This document shows positions 59,597 through 64,000 of a stretch of 64,000 bases of DNA, piece by piece (positions within the stretch are counted from its first letter, which is position 1; every line of letters begins with the position of its first letter). Made by a program: the position numbers and the translations under genes. The stretch lies in contig CATNEN010000008.1 of the NCBI GenBank assembly GCA_950097015.1, positions 930,001-994,000 of the forward strand, given 5' to 3'. The notes under the pieces are model-generated. The model saw nothing but the letters and a program-made list of their open reading frames with translations, was not told the DNA's origin and searched no databases. Source of the DNA: Macrostomum hystrix. Taxonomy: Eukaryota > Animalia > Platyhelminthes.

Positions 59597-60382
59597 CTAC
59601 TCAGCAATGTAAACATAATAAACCCAATAGCCAAGGTTAAACATAGCAAATGAGAGCGGGAAAGCGGCCCGCGAGATTCTGTCAATCATCTCGGCGCTGC
59701 TCACGTACTCCTCTTCCTGCAGACTGTCTTGACTGCCGCCGAACGGACTTTCTGAGCCGCCACCATCGGTTGTTTGAAAGGCTACTCGTCGGCGCAGTCC
59801 AATCCCACCGCTGCCACCACCTCCAGCTCCGCTAGCGCTGCCGGCTGCTCCGCCAACCCGAACTCCTCCACTGTTGGCACCTCTGATCAGGTTTTCTGTC
59901 TCGCTTGTCTCTGTCGCACCGTCTGCCTCACGATTCATGTACGTCATCATTGGGATCGCTTCGGGGCGATTCTGCATCTGGAATTTTTACAGCAAAATTA
60001 TGCTTTAACAGAAGATCCTGAAGACTTCTTTCCATTGCTTCTTTCCAGGAGTTTTCTCTGAGTATCTTCGACTTAATTGCGAATTAAGCCAAATATTCAG
60101 TGCTTTTGCACGCCAATATCTAAGAAACTAAAAAGTTTTGTCTGCAAGTAAAATAGTCAGAATTGCCTTAATAACAAGATTTACCTTTTTGTTCAGCGCA
60201 GAACCGACGTTGTTACCTGTACTGGCCTCAGCCAATCGGGCGCTACGCTCATCCAGCATCCGGCGCAGGTTTTCCCACCGCTCAAGAGTACTGTGCTGCC
60301 TGGCCAGCACGTTTGCAATGGCGTACTCAATTAGAGCACCAAATACGAATACCAGGCAGGTGGACATCCACACGTCTATCGC
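59597..60382 (-). CDS. Cys-loop anion-selective ligand-gated ion channel (GlyR/GluCl/GABA-A-like), last two exons (M3, intracellular loop, M4)
   Basis: Exon 60382-60185 reads AIDVWMSTCLVFVFGALIEYAIANV (M3, conserved K|AID boundary). Exon 59977-59597 ends IDRISRAAFPLSFAMFNLGYWVYY (M4). The join is phase 0. Upstream exons were not found in the window. Confidence 0.9.
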
Positions 60383-62170
60383 CTAGAGACAATTTAAGAA
60401 AGTTTGTACATGTAACATAGCTCATTTATCCACCATGTACTTGTATTATGTACAGTTAGGTGGATGTACGTGTCAGAGAATATTCAGTGCGCACTTCTCG
60501 CGTTATAGAATTTTCCTTCTGTTCCAGCAGAAATTGCCGGCTAGTGGGCATCTGGTACTCGGTAGCAGGGACACTGTTTACCCACTGCCCAGTTCTCAGG
60601 AAGTCGAATAGAAAGCAAATCATCGTCTTGTTTTTCTCACAAACCAACCAGCCTGAGGCGCGGGACGTTGCAAGCAGTGCCCTGACAAGCAATTTCCTAT
60701 GGAAGTCCATCTCCCCACCATCCCATATATTCATGCTTGTAGATTTTCTTCAACGAAAAGCGAACCCACGATAGGCAACCAGTAAAACCAGCTATGTAAA
60801 AAGCTTTTTTTCTTTTATCAAAGCTGCGAGTCGAAAAACTTTTTCAACCATTTGAGCACTCTCATGTGAGCAGCGATTTGCTGCTTTTAGCACTGCTTCC
60901 GGAGCTGTCAATCAGGCTATCATAATTGTGAGTTCTACTGAATTGAGTGTATTGACCTTAGTTACGAGGTACTCTTACCTAAACGCGTTCATTTCTGTGC
61001 CTTATATAATTTTTAATATGCCATTCGATCAAACCTAAGAAATTGGACTTTAATTCCATGAGCTTCGGTCTTTATTACTGAGAATTTATCGCCCAGTTCT
61101 GAGCATATTCTACTGCATTCACTACTGCCAATTCGTACTGTAGATATAGTAGACAGGCCTTCCCAACTCTCGGAATTCGATTTCTGCACTCCAATACTTC
61201 TCAAGCTCCCCCTAAACTGTGGAAAGACCATCCAACAGGAATGAAGCCGACCTTTTACTTATTGGTGGCGATGGAGCTGCCAAGGGATAAGAATGGCGAG
61301 GCTGAGAGGAAGGAGAGGACAGCAAGACGTTGGCATTCCTGACGAGGAGGCTTTTCCAGGGTCATCTGTCTGCTGCTCAGACTCGCGCTTAAAATTGGAT
61401 CCAAATTGAATTATCCCAATGCTGAAGAGCCTTCTCTCTATACCTTCTCATTCTCTCTCAATGGCAATCCCGATGGGAAATGAAAGTGAATGTGTACATG
61501 AGCATGAGGAGGAGAAGAAAGAGACGCAGAAAGGCTGAAGGAAGTAGGACCGTCTTTGATTCAGAATTTTCACCTCTCGTTTTATGTCTGTCTGTTTGGC
61601 TATCTGACGAAATTCCTAAGTAGGTTTAATCACAGAAAATACTGTTGCAATGTAAAATCCAATCGCCGGTCTCTATTGACATTGAAAACCGCAATGAGCC
61701 AGTAGTCCATTAATGGAACTTTACCGGTTGGGTGCCGAGCAAGTTAATGGCGGTCGATCGAGGCGCGTATCTGGCGGCTGTCGGTCGACAAGCAACGGCG
61801 TTATAGGGGGAGTTGATTTGTCTATGGCCTGAAGCCTTATAATGCTTTTACCGGTTGGTAAAATACTTTAAATGATAATTAAAAGAAACAAATATAAGCG
61901 TCCAAATTTTGTCAGCTTCTGGCTCATGGCGGATTGGCGCAGTTTGTGCCATAGACATGCCATAATCGCTGAGTGATCGTTTATACCATAATACGTTGCT
62001 GAAGCCTTATAATGACTGCTGCCAGTGCCACCCATTTGAGACGCGGCAAAATTGGCGGTCAATAATTTAGACCATTAATGACCGCTGCTGATGTCTATGG
62101 CAAGCACCATGACAGACGAATCCTAGAGGTGGGAGAGAGAAAAAGTGCAGAGTGTGGAAAGAGAGCCCTC

Positions 62171-62955
62171 TTTGTCTATGGTCAAAATCAACACATCTCG
62201 AATCAGAGTGATATTAAGACTGTTTTCCGCCCAGAGCGAATGGAATTTAATCTGATTTTGAAGGAACCGTTTTTGAGCCTACGTACGACAGATTAAGATG
62301 GACGAGACATGCCCATATCCGACTGGTCTGCTTCATTTATCGCAAGGGGACGTCTGTGACCTGACGATGGAACAGATTCAACAGAGAATGAAACGAGAGG
62401 CCGAGATGGAAAGAATGACGACGGAAACCCTGCCCGAGCTAGGAGGAATGGAGGACGTGGATGAACTTCTGAAGGTATACGAAGACTCCAAAACGTAGTG
62501 CAGATATGGCCAGACTATCCAATGTCATCAGCAGTATTGGTTCTGAGGTTCAGGCACTGTCCGTAGCGGCACCGTTGCAAAAACTGGTGCCGAATCAAGT
62601 GACGGCACCGGGCGACAGTGAGCCACCGGTGAATAGGCAAATGGTGGCCTCCGCAATCAGTGGCACTTTCCAAAACTGCACCTTCAATTTGTACATGGGC
62701 AATGCCGATCAGCAGTAAAAAGACAATCGACAAGTGGAAAACTGTCTATCTGACTATCTACCTATGCGACGTTATTCCTGCTACTGTAATACATTTTCAT
62801 GCCGAGAGTATCCATAATGGTGGTCCTTATTTGCCGCCTATATTTGTCTGTGTTTATGCCATGTTTTTTACACAATCAAAAGTGCAAATATATATGTCAG
62901 AAACGCGTGACTGCTTCCTCACGCAGAGAAAAGACAACTTTGTGCCATAGACAAA
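62171..62955 (+). mobile_element. Putative Crypton-like non-autonomous element bounded by 11-bp inverted repeats TTTGTCTATGG / CCATAGACAAA
   Basis: Perfect inverted termini. Two internal out-of-frame ORF pieces (62298-62498, 62506-62718), the second ending ISGTFQNCTFNLY. A similar inverted pair lies at 61817-61957. Confidence 0.4.
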
Positions 62956-63004
62956 ACGTGAGCAGAATTCATTAATGACCGCTGAGAGCGGTTTTCAATG
63001 TAAT

Positions 63005-64000
63005 ATACCTTTTTGCAATTGAATTCGCCGAAACTGCAAAACAATTCCCCATAGAAGCCAATGTGGTCTAAAAATAGTAAGCCCATAGAAATTAAGCTAA
63101 AATTCGAGATTGAATTCGCCGAAATAGCATTTGAATTCGCGTTACGCGCCAATGGCTTGTATTCATTTGACAGGACAAAAAGCTTCGAAGGGGAAACAAT
63201 CAAAGAGGAAACAAAGTTTGCGAACTGATGAAGAATGAAGTCAACCGAACGATCAAAGAAAAGAGCAATCAATTATGCCAAAATGTCTTCATGATTCAGG
63301 CAGCGATTCAAGTAGGTTGCCGTGTGATTTGCCCACTGCAAGCACTTCTGCTGTGTGATCTCCTGTAGGACGACCGTCACCTCACGTCTCAGAATTCCCA
63401 TTCTCCAGGTGTGCAATGTGATGCCAAGGTTTGCTGCTGCAGCCGTATTGAGCAGTTCCGCACGAACTTCAGGCTGTGAGAGCAAGCGTCCGACGGCAGT
63501 CTTTAAGCAGGAGCCAGCCATCTCAGCCGCATTTAAAAAGGGCGAGTATGGAGCCAGCTGTTTGGTGGAATGACCTGCATCAAGCCCAGGAACATTGTTG
63601 TGAGCGCGAGCGCCATCATACACCAGAGTCCATGGCTCGTCCACTAGCTCATTTAACTCAGACAAAAATGCTGCGAAATGGCCGCTTGTGAATCCGCCAT
63701 CCACCAGCGCATGGTGTACCAGACCCCATTGGGGTGAAACCGCCAGACAAATTGTCAGGTTTCTCCCTCGTTGTCCGCTCGTAATCATAACGGCTCGTTC
63801 GCCTCTGGGTGCGCGAGCCCGACTCCTTGCTGTCCATAAATTCACTCCAAACTCGTCCATGAACACCAGATTCCCTCCCATATACCGTCATTCAACATTC
63901 AACTCGCGAACTGCCACCGAGCCTCCTTCACCACGTCCGTGTTCCAGTTCGCAGTAATCTGACGACTTGCCTTTAGAGTGATGAGCTGGCAGTCAAGCAT
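63005..64000 (-). mobile_element. Tc1/mariner-IS630 superfamily DNA transposon, 3' part (runs off the right edge)
   Basis: Probable terminus TA|TACCTTTTTGCAATTG near 63005. Subterminal direct repeats TTGAATTCGCCGAAA near 63019 and 63110. DDE_3-type transposase upstream. Confidence 0.8.
63273..64000 (-). pseudogene. Inactivated DDE transposase (DD30E spacing)
   Basis: LVFMDE / LVYDGARAH / APYSPFLNAAE catalytic motifs. Nonsense TGA at 63899-63901 and a frameshift near 63881 separate the N-terminal part (LITLK...WNT...R.QFAS*) from the catalytic domain. Confidence 0.85.

Noticed and set aside
60456-60734. 92-aa minus-strand ORF upstream of the M3 exon (LFDFLRTG, BTB-like)
   Set aside because: It is not Cys-loop M1-M2 sequence, has no convincing splice sites, and the motif match is too short.

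Overview
Eukaryotic (metazoan invertebrate) genomic DNA. The short introns, dense minisatellites and gene content suggest a free-living flatworm such as Macrostomum (inference only). Everything below was read by eye; no alignment or database search was run. Host genes, with exons reconstructed from splice sites and reading-frame continuity: (1) a 6-exon Sec14/CRAL-TRIO + spectrin-like protein with no RhoGEF domain (10961-16585 +); (2) a 3-exon LYSMD3/4-like LysM membrane protein (18970-22751 +); (3) a two-repeat beta-thymosin (31572-31832 +); (4) an 18-exon Slo (BK-family) K+ channel (38798-47840 -); (5) a 3-exon GT7 beta-1,4-galactosyl/GalNAc-transferase (51183-53429 -); (6) an intronless 993-aa secreted protein with 3 FN2 domains, a beta-trefoil-like region and 11.5 atypical TSP1 repeats (54772-57753 -); (7) the last two exons of a Cys-loop anion channel (59597-60382 -). 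Mobile DNA: an intact, recent Ty3/Gypsy (Mag-like) LTR element inserted in a 28-bp minisatellite; a tRNA-derived SINE family (about 9 copies); two MITEs with 8-bp TSDs; a decayed Tc1/IS630-type transposase with DD30E spacing; a possible Crypton-like remnant; a Helitron-like 5' end. There are more than 10 distinct tandem arrays. The most notable observations are (a) a Slo1-type channel whose voltage sensor and K+ filter are intact but whose known Ca2+/Mg2+/H+/heme sites all appear lost or charge-reversed, and (b) the secreted FN2/beta-trefoil/4-Cys-TSR protein.
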